From: an uncultured Clostridia bacterium
Lineage (GTDB): Bacteria > Bacillota > Clostridia > TANB77 > CAG-508
Direction of reading: 5' to 3'
Assembly: GCA_934121875.1 (NCBI GenBank)
Contig: CAKOVG010000001.1
Coordinates: 12,442-76,441 of the forward strand
Length of the DNA stretch: 64,000 nucleotides
The notes under the pieces were generated by a model that saw only the letters and a program-made list of their open reading frames with translations, was not told the origin of the DNA and ran no database searches. The position numbers were made by a program, and so were the translations under genes. Positions 32,183 to 43,275 of the stretch are shown here, piece after piece (the first letter of the stretch is position 1; the number at the start of each line of letters is the position of its first letter).

Positions 32183-32778
32183 TGAAAAAGAGTACAGCAA
32201 AGTTATTCGACCGGAAGCAAATTTTCGAAATAGCAGTTGCATATGCTAGTGGGAGTTACACATATCATGACTTTCTTAAGCAGTACCCTAATTGTAGCCA
32301 GCATCATTTTTATTCCATCTTGCATCTTTCTGTTGATAAGGCAATTGTTTCAGAAAAAGTTGCCAGAAAAATTCAAAATGTTGCTATAACATCTTCTATG
32401 CAAAAAGCTGAAGATAGTAATACTGACATCTATTCTATTGAAGCTATTCAGCGGAGAGTTTACAACAGTTGGGAACGTCGCATTAGGGCTATGCAGTACT
32501 TTTGTTTTTCTAAAAATGAAGCAAAAAAATTAGTTGATAGCTATTCGAAAAGCGCACTTTCTAAAAAAGAATTTTGCAGTCAAAATTGCATTAATACTGT
32601 ATTATTTGATAGAACAGTTATTGAGTCAGTTATTCTTAATTGGGTAAGTGATAATTGTTTTGACCGGTTGTATAGCAAAGCACTGGCTTACAACAGCTCT
32701 GACAGAGTTGAGCATTTGTTTAGTCAGTTGAGCAAACGCAGAAATGAAGTAAAAGAAATGTTAAAAAAGCATCAATAA
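32183..32778 (+). CDS. hypothetical soluble protein, visibly higher GC than its neighbours
   Basis: The ORF-track frame runs 32122..32778. I prefer the GTG at 32183 with an AGGAGG RBS. No recognisable motif. A terminator follows. Confidence 0.5.
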
Positions 32779-32794
32779 TTTGAGCAAACAAAAA

Positions 32795-32821
32795 ACTCGT
32801 AGGATTTTCTACGAGTTTTTT
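32795..32821 (+). terminator. rho-independent terminator ACTCGTAG-GATTTT-CTACGAGT plus a T-run
   Basis: Perfect 8-bp stem followed by TTTTTT, directly after the 32778 stop. Confidence 0.6.
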
Positions 32822-32857
32822 GTCATACTGTAGCTTTTTTACAGTCTATTTTGCTTT

Positions 32858-32890
32858 TGGTTGGGCTGGCCAGATTCGAATACCCCAAGG
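32858..32890 (-). pseudogene. Partial, degenerate copy of the tRNA-Gln 3-prime end (TTCGAATCTGGCCAGCCCAACCA, 22 of 23 identical to the T-arm/acceptor/CCA of the intact tRNA-Gln 120 bp away); no 5-prime half
   Basis: Direct comparison with 32999..33021. No complementary acceptor 5-prime strand (TGGGCTG) precedes it. Confidence 0.5.
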
Positions 32891-32963
32891 GTACTTGTTC
32901 ACTTCGTTCACAGCGCGACGTCCTTCGGACTCTATTTCTGCCTACTACACAGCATATTCAAAA

Positions 32964-32997
32964 TAAAAAAAAACGTAGCTTTGCTACGTTTTTTTAT
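32964..32997. terminator. Bidirectional terminator hairpin ACGTAGC-TTT-GCTACGT flanked by A9 and T7 runs
   Basis: Seen directly. It sits between the tRNA-Gln 3-prime end and the partial tRNA repeat. Confidence 0.5.
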
Positions 32998-32998
32998 T

Positions 32999-33073
32999 TG
33001 GTTGGGCTGGCTAGATTCGAACTAGCGCATGCATGAGTCAAAGTCATGTGCCTTACCGCTTGGCTACAGCCCA
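32999..33073 (-). tRNA. tRNA-Gln (anticodon TTG)
   Basis: The manual cloverleaf has a U1:A72 acceptor, anticodon arm CATGA-CTTTGAC-TCATG, T-arm GCTAG-TTCGAAT-CTAGC, and an encoded CCA. Confidence 0.75.
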
Positions 33074-33078
33074 TTATA

Positions 33079-33156
33079 TGGGGTGGAAGATGGGACTCGA
33101 ACCCACGGTCTCCAGTGCCACAAACTGGCGCGTTAACCAACTACGCTACATCCACC
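33079..33156 (-). tRNA. tRNA-His (anticodon GTG) with extra 5-prime G-1
   Basis: The manual cloverleaf has anticodon arm CCAGT-TTGTGGC-ACTGG, T-loop TTCGAGT, G-1 opposite C73, and an encoded CCA. The acceptor stem has one apparent mismatch. Confidence 0.75.
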
Positions 33157-33246
33157 GTTTTCCAAATGCATATATAATTTTACAATATTTTATATGCTTT
33201 TGTCAATACTAATATTAGAATTTACTAATTTTTATTTTTAGTTTAT

Positions 33247-33275
33247 TATGTGAGTGACTTTTTATCACTCACATA
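33247..33275. terminator. Hairpin GTGAGTGA-N7-TCACTCAC downstream of the sortase gene
   Basis: Perfect 8-bp inverted repeat immediately 3-prime of the 33279 stop. Confidence 0.45.
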
Positions 33276-33278
33276 ATA

Positions 33279-33983
33279 TTATTGTTCTTCTGCCCAAATA
33301 ATTATTCTTGCGCTTGAATCATCTGTACAAGTTGTTAATGAAATTGCTCTTTTTCCATTAGTATCTCTTGTTGCATAGCTAAAGTCACTTGCGTCTGTTT
33401 TGTATGTATGTGTAATAGTATAAGTTACTTTTTTGCCTCGTAAGTCTGTTATGTAAATTTTGTCGCCTTTTGCTAACTTTTTATTATTTGAGAAAAATGT
33501 TTCATTTCTATAGTTATGTCCTGCTAATACAGTATTTCCTACTTCATTAACACCTGCTCCATATAGAAATGTTATTCCTAAATCCATTGCTTTTGCTGAT
33601 TTATCATCTAAAATATTATATTTCACACTTGTTTTTGGTATTTCTATTACTCCTATTACTTTCATTCCTTTATACGTAGGACTTGTATTGGAAGAGTTAT
33701 TATTATTATTTTCTGAGTTTGCAATATTACCATTTGGTTCTTCTATTATATTATCTTGATTATTTTTTATATTATTAGTATTATTATTTACATTATTATT
33801 ATTTTCATTTTTATTTATATTTTCAATATAACCATTAAATTGGTTCATTGAATCATCATTATCCTTTTCTGTTTTTAATGCTTTATACCAATCTATTGCT
33901 ACAAAAATCAAAATTCCAATTATTATTACTATGGCTATTATTAGTATAGCTGTTAATGCTTTACTATATTTACTATTTAACAT
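33279..33983 (-). CDS. sortase family transpeptidase with N-terminal TM anchor and an Asn-rich low-complexity linker
   Basis: His motif VLAGHN, catalytic Cys in ISLTTCTDD, and a conserved Arg (SSARIIIWAEE). Confidence 0.7.
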   Translation of the reverse strand: MLNSKYSKALTAILIIAIVIIIGILIFVAIDWYKALKTEKDNDDSMNQFNGYIENINKNENNNNVNNNTNNIKNNQDNIIEEPNGNIANSENNNNNSSNTSPTYKGMKVIGVIEIPKTSVKYNILDDKSAKAMDLGITFLYGAGVNEVGNTVLAGHNYRNETFFSNNKKLAKGDKIYITDLRGKKVTYTITHTYKTDASDFSYATRDTNGKRAISLTTCTDDSSARIIIWAEEQ

Positions 33984-34050
33984 TTGTACTCCTCCTTATA
34001 ATCTCATATACATAAATTATATCATATAAGCTTAAAATTTTCTATACTTA

Positions 34051-34395
34051 TCAAACTATTTTTGGTCCCATTTTTTGTCCAGCTAATAAATGAAAATGTA
34101 TATGCATTACTTCCTGTCCTGAATCTTTTCCACAGTTTGCAACTATTCTAAATCCGTTTTTTTCTATACCACTTTGTTTTGCTATTTTATTTATAGCTAC
34201 AAATATTTTGCTAATTAAATGGCTGTCTTCTTCTGTAACATCAAGTAAAGTTGCTATATGTTTTTTTGGTATTACCAATATATGAATTGGAGTTATTGGG
34301 TTGATATCTTTAAATGCAATAACATCTTCATCTTCATATACTTTTTCTGAAGGAATTTCTCCTTTTAGTATTTTACAAAAAACACAATTATCCAT
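34051..34395 (-). CDS. HIT family histidine triad protein
   Basis: HxHxHxx motif (HIHFHLLAG), 114 aa. Confidence 0.85.
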   Translation of the reverse strand: MDNCVFCKILKGEIPSEKVYEDEDVIAFKDINPITPIHILVIPKKHIATLLDVTEEDSHLISKIFVAINKIAKQSGIEKNGFRIVANCGKDSGQEVMHIHFHLLAGQKMGPKIV

Positions 34396-34407
34396 ACCTT
34401 ATTCTCC

Positions 34408-36162
34408 TTATTCTAAAATTGCTTTAATACGTCTAACTCCTGCTGAACTTGATTCTTCTTTTTTGATTTTAAAGTGTCCTAATTCTCCTGTATGTTTAAC
34501 ATGAGGTCCACCACAAATTTCTTTACTAAAATCTCCTATTGTGTATACCTTAACTCTATCACCATACTTATTTTCAAATAGTCCTGTAGCTCCAGATGCT
34601 TTTGCTTCTTCTAATGTCATTTCTTCACATGTTACAGGTAAATCTCGTTTAATTTGTTCGTTTACAATTTCTTCTACTTTAGCTAGTTGTTCTGGTGTCA
34701 TTTTTTCTGAATGTGTAAAGTCAAACCTTAATCTTTCTGTTGTAATGTTTGAACCGCATTGATTTGCATTATCTCCTAATACTATTTTTAATGCTTGATG
34801 TAGTAAGTGAGTTGCTGTATGATATTTAGTTGTTTGTTCGTTTTGTTCAGCTAGTCCTCCTTTGAATTTCTGTTCACTACCCATTCTTGATTTTTCTTGA
34901 TGTTCTTTAAATAATTTATCAAATTCAGATGTGTCAATTTCAAAGCCTTGCTCTTTTGCTAAATCTGCTGTAATTTCTGGTGGAAATCCATATGTTTCAT
35001 ATAGTTTAAAAATAGTATAACCATCAATTGTATTTTTACTTTCTTGTTTTAATTTGTTTACCACTTTTTCAAATTCTTTTTCTCCATGTGATAATGTTTT
35101 AACAAATTTATCTTTTTCTGCTAATATAACTTCTTTGATTGTTCCTCTATTTTCAACTAATTCTGGATAAAACTCTTTTAATGTTTCTACATATAAATCA
35201 ACTAATCCACCAATTTCATTTAAATCTATTTGTAATTTGTTTAAGTGTCTTGTCATTCTTCTAATTAGTTTTCTTAATACATATCCACGATCTATATTGC
35301 TTGGTCTACCACCATCTGATATAACCATCATACTTGCGCGTAAATGTTCTGCAACAATTCTTCTACTTTCAATATTATCTTGATTTGCTAGCTCTTTTAA
35401 TTTTTCCATTACAGGTGCAAATAGTTCTGTATCAAATGGTGTTTCTTTGCCTTGTAATAACATTGTCATTCTTTCTAGTCCAAAACCTGTATCAACATTT
35501 TGTTGTTTTAATTTTGTTATAGATCCATCTTTTGCTTGATAATATTCCATAAATACATCATTCCATATTTCAACATATTTACCGCAATCACATGATGGTT
35601 GACAATTATCTGAACATGCTGGTTTTCCTGTATCTAAAAACATTTCTGTATCTGGTCCACAAGGTCCTTCTTCTCCTGCAATCCACCAGTTATTATCTTT
35701 ACCATAGAAATATATTCTTTCTTCTGGTATTCCAGCTTTCTTCCATGCTTCTGCAGCTACTGTATCTCTTGGTGCATGTTCATCTCCTGCAAAACATGTA
35801 ACAGACAATTTGTTTGGGTCAATTTCTAACTCTTTTGTTAAGAATTCATAGCTCATGCTAATTGCTTCATCTTTAAAATAGTCTCCTAATGACCAATTTC
35901 CTAGCATTTCAAAAAATGTTAAATGACGATTATCTCCTACTTCATCTATATCATTTGTTCTTAAGCATTTTTGATAATCCGTAATTCTTGTTCCTGCTGG
36001 ATGTTTTTCGCCTAATAAATATGGTACTAATGGTTGCATTCCAGCTGTTGTAAATAATACAGATGGATCATTTTCTGGTATTAATGGAGCACTTGGGATT
36101 ATTTTATGACCGTGTGCTTTAAAAAAATTTAAATATTTGTTTCTTATTTCTATTGCTTTCAT
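34408..36162 (-). CDS. alanine--tRNA ligase-like protein, short form (catalytic plus editing core, no C-Ala domain)
   Basis: The N-terminus aligns with AlaRS (EIRNKYLNFFKAHGHKIIPSAPLIPENDPSVLFTTAGM, HLTFFEMLGNWSLGDYFK). Editing-domain zinc motifs HTATHLLH and CGGPHV are present. The protein is 584 aa against about 870-880 for canonical AlaRS. Confidence 0.65.
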   Translation of the reverse strand: MKAIEIRNKYLNFFKAHGHKIIPSAPLIPENDPSVLFTTAGMQPLVPYLLGEKHPAGTRITDYQKCLRTNDIDEVGDNRHLTFFEMLGNWSLGDYFKDEAISMSYEFLTKELEIDPNKLSVTCFAGDEHAPRDTVAAEAWKKAGIPEERIYFYGKDNNWWIAGEEGPCGPDTEMFLDTGKPACSDNCQPSCDCGKYVEIWNDVFMEYYQAKDGSITKLKQQNVDTGFGLERMTMLLQGKETPFDTELFAPVMEKLKELANQDNIESRRIVAEHLRASMMVISDGGRPSNIDRGYVLRKLIRRMTRHLNKLQIDLNEIGGLVDLYVETLKEFYPELVENRGTIKEVILAEKDKFVKTLSHGEKEFEKVVNKLKQESKNTIDGYTIFKLYETYGFPPEITADLAKEQGFEIDTSEFDKLFKEHQEKSRMGSEQKFKGGLAEQNEQTTKYHTATHLLHQALKIVLGDNANQCGSNITTERLRFDFTHSEKMTPEQLAKVEEIVNEQIKRDLPVTCEEMTLEEAKASGATGLFENKYGDRVKVYTIGDFSKEICGGPHVKHTGELGHFKIKKEESSSAGVRRIKAILE

Positions 36163-36226
36163 ACTATTCCTCTTTTCTCTTTTTCATGTTTTAAATTATA
36201 TAACATTTACATATAGAATGCAATAT

Positions 36227-37477
36227 TTACACAACTACTTTTTGTATTGTGTTTTCAAGATTCTCGTTTGTTTTCATTTTTACTATCATATAATTTGTAG
36301 TGTGTCCTTTTAAATATTCTCCTTCTCTTTCTTCTAATAATACTTCTACTTCTTTTCCTATGTATTTTTGGTTGTACTCTTCCTCATTTTTGTCAGATAG
36401 TTTTATTAGTTTATTGCTTCTTTCTTCTTTTATATTTCCATCTATTTGATTAGGCATTTTAGCTGCAACTGTTCCGCTTCTTGGTGAATACTTAAATACA
36501 TGCATTTTATAAAATTTTATTTCTTTTAAGAACTCATAAGTTTTGTTAAACTCTTCTTCTGTTTCTCCTGGGAACCCAACTATAATATCTGTTGTCAAAT
36601 GTACTTCTGGATATGCATTTCTAAGCAATTCTACTACATTTCTAAATTGCTCTGTTGTATATTTTCTATTCATTCTTTTTAATGTATCATTACATCCACT
36701 TTGTAATGATAAATGAAAGTGATCACATATTTTTGAAAGTTTTTTCAGTCTTGTTACAAATTCTTCTGTTATTAGTGTTGGTTCTAATGAACCTAAACGT
36801 ATTCTTTGTATTCCATTTATTTTTTGAATTTCTTCTAATAAATCAATTAATCTGTACTCTGGCTCTATATCGAAGTCTTTTCCATATGATGCTATATGTA
36901 TACCTGTTATAACTACTTCTTTTATGCCTTCTTTTGCAACATCTGTAATTTCTTTTATTACACTTTCTGGCTTTCTACTTCTAATGCGTCCCCTTGCATA
37001 AGGAATTATGCAATATGAACAAAACTGATTACATCCATCTTGTACCTTTATTACTGCTCTTGTTTTTTCTGTGTATGTAACATCTCCAAAGTCTAAGAAC
37101 TCAGTTTGATGTAATACATCTGACACATATGTATTCTTACTAGCTTGCTCTACATATTTTACAATATCATTTTTTTCATTTATTCCAAGTATTAAATCAA
37201 TTTCTGGTATTTGCTCTAGCTTTTCTTTTGCTACTTGGGCATAACAACCAACAGCAACTAAAATGGCTTCTGGATTTATTTCTTTTACTCTCCTTAACAT
37301 TTGTCTTGATTTTTTATCTGCCATATTTGTTACTGTACATGTATTTATAATATAGATATCTGCTTTTGTTTCAAAGTCCACTACTTTATAACCTGCTTCA
37401 ATCATTTTTTGCATCATTGCATTTGTTTCATATTGATTAACTTTACATCCTAAAGTACAAAACGCTACTGTTCTCAT
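36227..37477 (-). CDS. mtaB: radical SAM methylthiotransferase, MiaB/RimO family (MtaB-like)
   Basis: N-terminal MTTase domain (FCTLGCKVNQYE), the radical SAM motif CNQFCSYC, and a C-terminal TRAM domain. Confidence 0.75.
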   Translation of the reverse strand: MRTVAFCTLGCKVNQYETNAMMQKMIEAGYKVVDFETKADIYIINTCTVTNMADKKSRQMLRRVKEINPEAILVAVGCYAQVAKEKLEQIPEIDLILGINEKNDIVKYVEQASKNTYVSDVLHQTEFLDFGDVTYTEKTRAVIKVQDGCNQFCSYCIIPYARGRIRSRKPESVIKEITDVAKEGIKEVVITGIHIASYGKDFDIEPEYRLIDLLEEIQKINGIQRIRLGSLEPTLITEEFVTRLKKLSKICDHFHLSLQSGCNDTLKRMNRKYTTEQFRNVVELLRNAYPEVHLTTDIIVGFPGETEEEFNKTYEFLKEIKFYKMHVFKYSPRSGTVAAKMPNQIDGNIKEERSNKLIKLSDKNEEEYNQKYIGKEVEVLLEEREGEYLKGHTTNYMIVKMKTNENLENTIQKVVV

Positions 37478-37568
37478 ATAAATCCTCTTTCTATTATTAC
37501 TTAAAATATTATAACATATATGTCAAGAAAAAATAAAATGGTAACTTAAAAGTTACCATTTTTTATTT

Positions 37569-39540
<1,972 letters not shown>

Positions 39541-39590
39541 TTATTTTTTAGAATTTTTTTGATACGCCTTCTTTCTTTTTCATGTTTAAA

Positions 39591-39617
39591 TTAGCACTCT
39601 TTAATCAAGACTGCTAA
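39591..39617. promoter_or_regulatory. CIRCE operator TTAGCACTC-N9-GACTGCTAA upstream of groES
   Basis: One mismatch against the TTAGCACTC-N9-GAGTGCTAA consensus. The position is right for HrcA control of groESL. Confidence 0.7.
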
Positions 39618-39748
39618 TACTTTATACCCATTTATATAAAATGTCAAGTACACCTTTTAATTTTTCACACATTATTCACAATCTTTTTATTATCTATATA
39701 CCTTGTTTTTTACTTAATTTTATGGCATAATATTTGTGCGAGGTAATT

Positions 39749-42103
39749 ATGGAAACGTTATTAAATAAATTAGAATATGATAAAATTATTGAATGCTTAA
39801 ATAAATATTGCAAAACTTATTTAGGCAAAAATTTATGTAAAAATTTACGTCCTCAATTTTCTTTTAAAAAAGTGGAACTTTTACTTAATGAAACTACTCA
39901 AGCTGATATACTTTTGCACCAAAAAGGTATTCCACCTTTTTATGAAACAGAAGAATTGGAAAAATATATTAAAGTTTTAGAAAGTAATCAAACTCTATCT
40001 ATAAAAGGATTACTCAATCTTGCTATGCTTTTAAAAATGGCTAGAGAACTAAAAGAATATTTTTATGAGAATACTGCTTTTTCTTTTGACATTTTAGAAA
40101 AGTATTTCAGCTTTTTGTATTCTAACCCTTTAATTGAAAAAAATATTTTTAATAAACTTATTGATGAAAATACTGTTGCTGACAATGCTTCTAATAAACT
40201 TTCTAGTTTACGTAGAAACAGAAAAAATTATGAACAGGATATTAAGGATAAATTAAATAGTTATATTCATTCTAGTACTTATGCCAAGTACATAATGGAA
40301 CCAATAGTTACTATTCGTAATAATAGATATGTTATTCCTGTAAAAGAAGAATATAGAAGTTATATAAAAGGCTTTATTCATGACACTTCTAGTAGTGGAT
40401 CTACTTTATATATTGAGCCTACAAGTGTATTTGAAATAAATAACAAAATTGGTCATATAAAAATTGAAGAAGAATTAGAAATTGAAAAAATTCTTCATTT
40501 ACTAACTTCTTCACTTTATGAATATAGCAACGAACTAAAAAACAATTTAAACCTTATTGCTAGTATTGATTTAATTTTTGCTAAGGCTAATTTAGGTATT
40601 GATAGTATGGCCACTGTTCCTTGTTTAAATAATGAAAAATTTATAGACTTATTTAAAGCAAGACACCCTTTAATTGCTAAAGATGTAGTTGTTCCTATTG
40701 ATATTAGCTTAGGAAGAGAATATATTTCTCTTTTAATTACTGGTCCAAATACTGGTGGTAAAACTGTTGCTTTAAAAACTGTTGGTTTGCTATTACTTAT
40801 GGCATATTCTGGTATTCCTATTCCTTGTAGTGAAAGCAGTAGTATATGTGTATTTTCAAATATTTTTGCTGATATTGGCGATGAGCAAAGTATTCAAGAA
40901 TCGCTTAGTACATTTTCTGCACATATGAGGAATATTGTAAAAATTACTAATATGGCTGATAGCAATAGCTTAGTTTTATTAGATGAGCTTGGTTCTGGTA
41001 CAGACCCTTTAGAAGGTGCTGCATTGGCAATTAGCATTTTAAGCTATTTAAAGGATATTGGTAGCTTAGTATGTTGCACTACTCATTATCAAGAATTAAA
41101 AGAATTTGCTTTAGTTACTTCTGGCTTTGAAAATGCAAGTTTTGAATTTGATATAGATAATTTAAAACCTACATATAAGCTATTAATTGGTATTCCTGGT
41201 AAAAGTAACGCTTTTGCTATTAGCAAAAGGCTTGGTTTAAATGACAATATTTTAAATGTTGCAAATAGCCATTTAAAAGAAGATAAAGTTTCTATTGAGG
41301 AATTATTAAAAAGCATATATGATAATAAATTAAAAATTGAAAAACAAAAAGACGAAACAGAAAAGAATTTAAGGCAAATAGAAATTATAAGAAAAAATTT
41401 AGAACAAAAGCAAGATGATGTATTAGCCAAAAAAGCTCAGATGTTAGAAGATGCTAGACTTGAAGCAAGAGATATTATACTTTCTGCAAAAGAGGAGGCT
41501 ACTGAAATAATTCATTCTCTTAATAGTTCTCCTGATTTAAAACAAGCTAATAATTTACGAAACAAATTAAATGATACACTAAAAAATTTAAACTCTGTTC
41601 ACTATAGCGAACAAACTGATAACTTTGAGCAACTAAATTCAAATGATATTGTAGATGGTTTAAGTGTGTATATTGTTTCTCTTGGCACGACTGGTTTTGT
41701 AGTTGGAGAAAAAGTTAATAAATCAAATGAAGTTCAAGTACAGGTTGGAAGTATGAAAATGAATATTAAGCTTTCTGATTTAAGGAAAAGTTTTAATAAT
41801 AAATCTAATTTCAAGTCAACTGGAAAGGTTACAACTAATAAAGAGTCTAAAGCAAAAACTATTTCTCCAGAAATAAATGTTATTGGTCAAAATGTAGATG
41901 AGGCTTTATATGTTATTGACAAATATTTGGACAACTGTGCAACAGCAAACATTTCGCCTGTTAGAATTGTACATGGAAAAGGCACTGGTAGACTTCGTGA
42001 AGGAGTACATTCATTTTTAAAGACTCACCCTCATGTTAAGAGTTTTCGTATAGGTACATTTGGTGAAGGAGAAATGGGAGTGACTATTGTTGAAATTAAA
42101 TAA
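39749..42103 (+). CDS. mutS2: endonuclease MutS2 (MutS domain III/IV ATPase plus C-terminal Smr domain)
   Basis: Walker A GPNTGGKT. The C-terminal Smr module has the characteristic RIVHGKGTG (Smr-type) motif. I prefer the METLLNKL start inside the ORF-track frame. Confidence 0.85.
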   Translation: METLLNKLEYDKIIECLNKYCKTYLGKNLCKNLRPQFSFKKVELLLNETTQADILLHQKGIPPFYETEELEKYIKVLESNQTLSIKGLLNLAMLLKMARELKEYFYENTAFSFDILEKYFSFLYSNPLIEKNIFNKLIDENTVADNASNKLSSLRRNRKNYEQDIKDKLNSYIHSSTYAKYIMEPIVTIRNNRYVIPVKEEYRSYIKGFIHDTSSSGSTLYIEPTSVFEINNKIGHIKIEEELEIEKILHLLTSSLYEYSNELKNNLNLIASIDLIFAKANLGIDSMATVPCLNNEKFIDLFKARHPLIAKDVVVPIDISLGREYISLLITGPNTGGKTVALKTVGLLLLMAYSGIPIPCSESSSICVFSNIFADIGDEQSIQESLSTFSAHMRNIVKITNMADSNSLVLLDELGSGTDPLEGAALAISILSYLKDIGSLVCCTTHYQELKEFALVTSGFENASFEFDIDNLKPTYKLLIGIPGKSNAFAISKRLGLNDNILNVANSHLKEDKVSIEELLKSIYDNKLKIEKQKDETEKNLRQIEIIRKNLEQKQDDVLAKKAQMLEDARLEARDIILSAKEEATEIIHSLNSSPDLKQANNLRNKLNDTLKNLNSVHYSEQTDNFEQLNSNDIVDGLSVYIVSLGTTGFVVGEKVNKSNEVQVQVGSMKMNIKLSDLRKSFNNKSNFKSTGKVTTNKESKAKTISPEINVIGQNVDEALYVIDKYLDNCATANISPVRIVHGKGTGRLREGVHSFLKTHPHVKSFRIGTFGEGEMGVTIVEIK

Positions 42104-42205
42104 AAAATACTAGACTTTTTACTTTTTTATTGTTATAATGTTTTTTGTTTAAATTCTGATATTTAATGATTATAATTATTAAAACAAATGGAAAGGAATT
42201 TTAGA

Positions 42206-43243
42206 ATGAAAGATATATCAATTATTAGTGCTTGCACTGATTTAGGTTTAAAAATTGACGGTGCTGAACTTGGAGCCCAAGCTTTAACTCAAGGCTTAAA
42301 ATCAAGTAACATTTCTAAAAATTATGTATTAAAAAGTAGAAAAAAACATGAAGAAATAAAATCATGTGTTTCTTGTTCTGGAAAAGATATTAACAGTTTT
42401 GTAAATAATTTTAATTCACTTTTACTAGATATGCATGAAATACATTTTGAACATTCTATGAGTGAAGATGAAAAAAAAGCGTATTATGAGAAGATGCATA
42501 ATTTAGTTTTAGCTGTAAAAGCCTTAGATTCAAAAAATGAAAAAAGGAACTTAGACGGTATTAATGATTTTAATGAAGAATTGTATAATACTACTCGCAG
42601 TATTATACAAAATGGGAGTTTTCCTTTACTTGTAGGTGGAGACCATATTGTTGCAATTGGTTCTAGTTTAGCATCTATTAAGGAACACAAAAATATGGGA
42701 ATTATTTGGTTTGATTCTCATGCTGACTTTAATACATATCCTACTTCTGTTACTGGTAATTTACATGGTTTACCTTTGGCAGTCGTTACAAATTATGAAA
42801 AAAATATTTTAGCAGATTTTCACAGTGGTCCTTTTTATAACCCTAAGAATACAGTTATTGTTGGTGGCAGAGATATTGACCCTTGGGAATGGGGAAATGT
42901 TTTAGATGCAGGTGTTACTGTATTTTCTACAGAAGATATTAAAAAATATGGAGTTGAAGAAATCTGTAAAAAAGCTTTTGCTATTGCTTCAAATGGAACT
43001 AATGGTGTTCATATCAGCCTAGATTTAGATTTAATAGATCCTGAAGTTGCACCAGGAGTTTCTATTCCTGCAAAAAACGGAATAAACTTAGATGAAACCT
43101 ATTTGTTGGCAGATGAAATTACTAAGTATAGTGATATTATAAAATCAGCTGATTTAGTTGAATACAACCCTTTATTTGATAAAAATGGCATTACTAAAGA
43201 AATTGCTACAAATATATTAAATAAATGGATTGAAAAGTTTTAA
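42206..43243 (+). CDS. arginase/agmatinase/formiminoglutamase family ureohydrolase
   Basis: Mn-binding motifs GGDHIVAIG, DSHADFNT and SLDLDLIDP are present. Confidence 0.75.
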   Translation: MKDISIISACTDLGLKIDGAELGAQALTQGLKSSNISKNYVLKSRKKHEEIKSCVSCSGKDINSFVNNFNSLLLDMHEIHFEHSMSEDEKKAYYEKMHNLVLAVKALDSKNEKRNLDGINDFNEELYNTTRSIIQNGSFPLLVGGDHIVAIGSSLASIKEHKNMGIIWFDSHADFNTYPTSVTGNLHGLPLAVVTNYEKNILADFHSGPFYNPKNTVIVGGRDIDPWEWGNVLDAGVTVFSTEDIKKYGVEEICKKAFAIASNGTNGVHISLDLDLIDPEVAPGVSIPAKNGINLDETYLLADEITKYSDIIKSADLVEYNPLFDKNGITKEIATNILNKWIEKF

Positions 43244-43275
43244 AAAAGTGGCTTATATTTAAGCCACTTTTTTAG
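43244..43275. terminator. Bidirectional terminator GTGGCTTA-TATT-TAAGCCAC between convergent genes
   Basis: Perfect 8-bp stem with flanking A and T runs. Confidence 0.6.

Noticed and set aside
32858-32950. A third complete tRNA gene ending at the TTCGAATCTGGCCAGCCCAACCA repeat
   Set aside because: No 5-prime acceptor strand complementary to CAGCCCA and no D or anticodon arms can be drawn from the upstream sequence. Only the 3-prime 23 nt are tRNA-like.
31396-33278. Intact integrative element or prophage at the tRNA-Gln/His locus
   Set aside because: No integrase, recombinase or phage structural genes are present, and the candidate flanked segment is only about 120 bp. At most this is a scar or a small islet.
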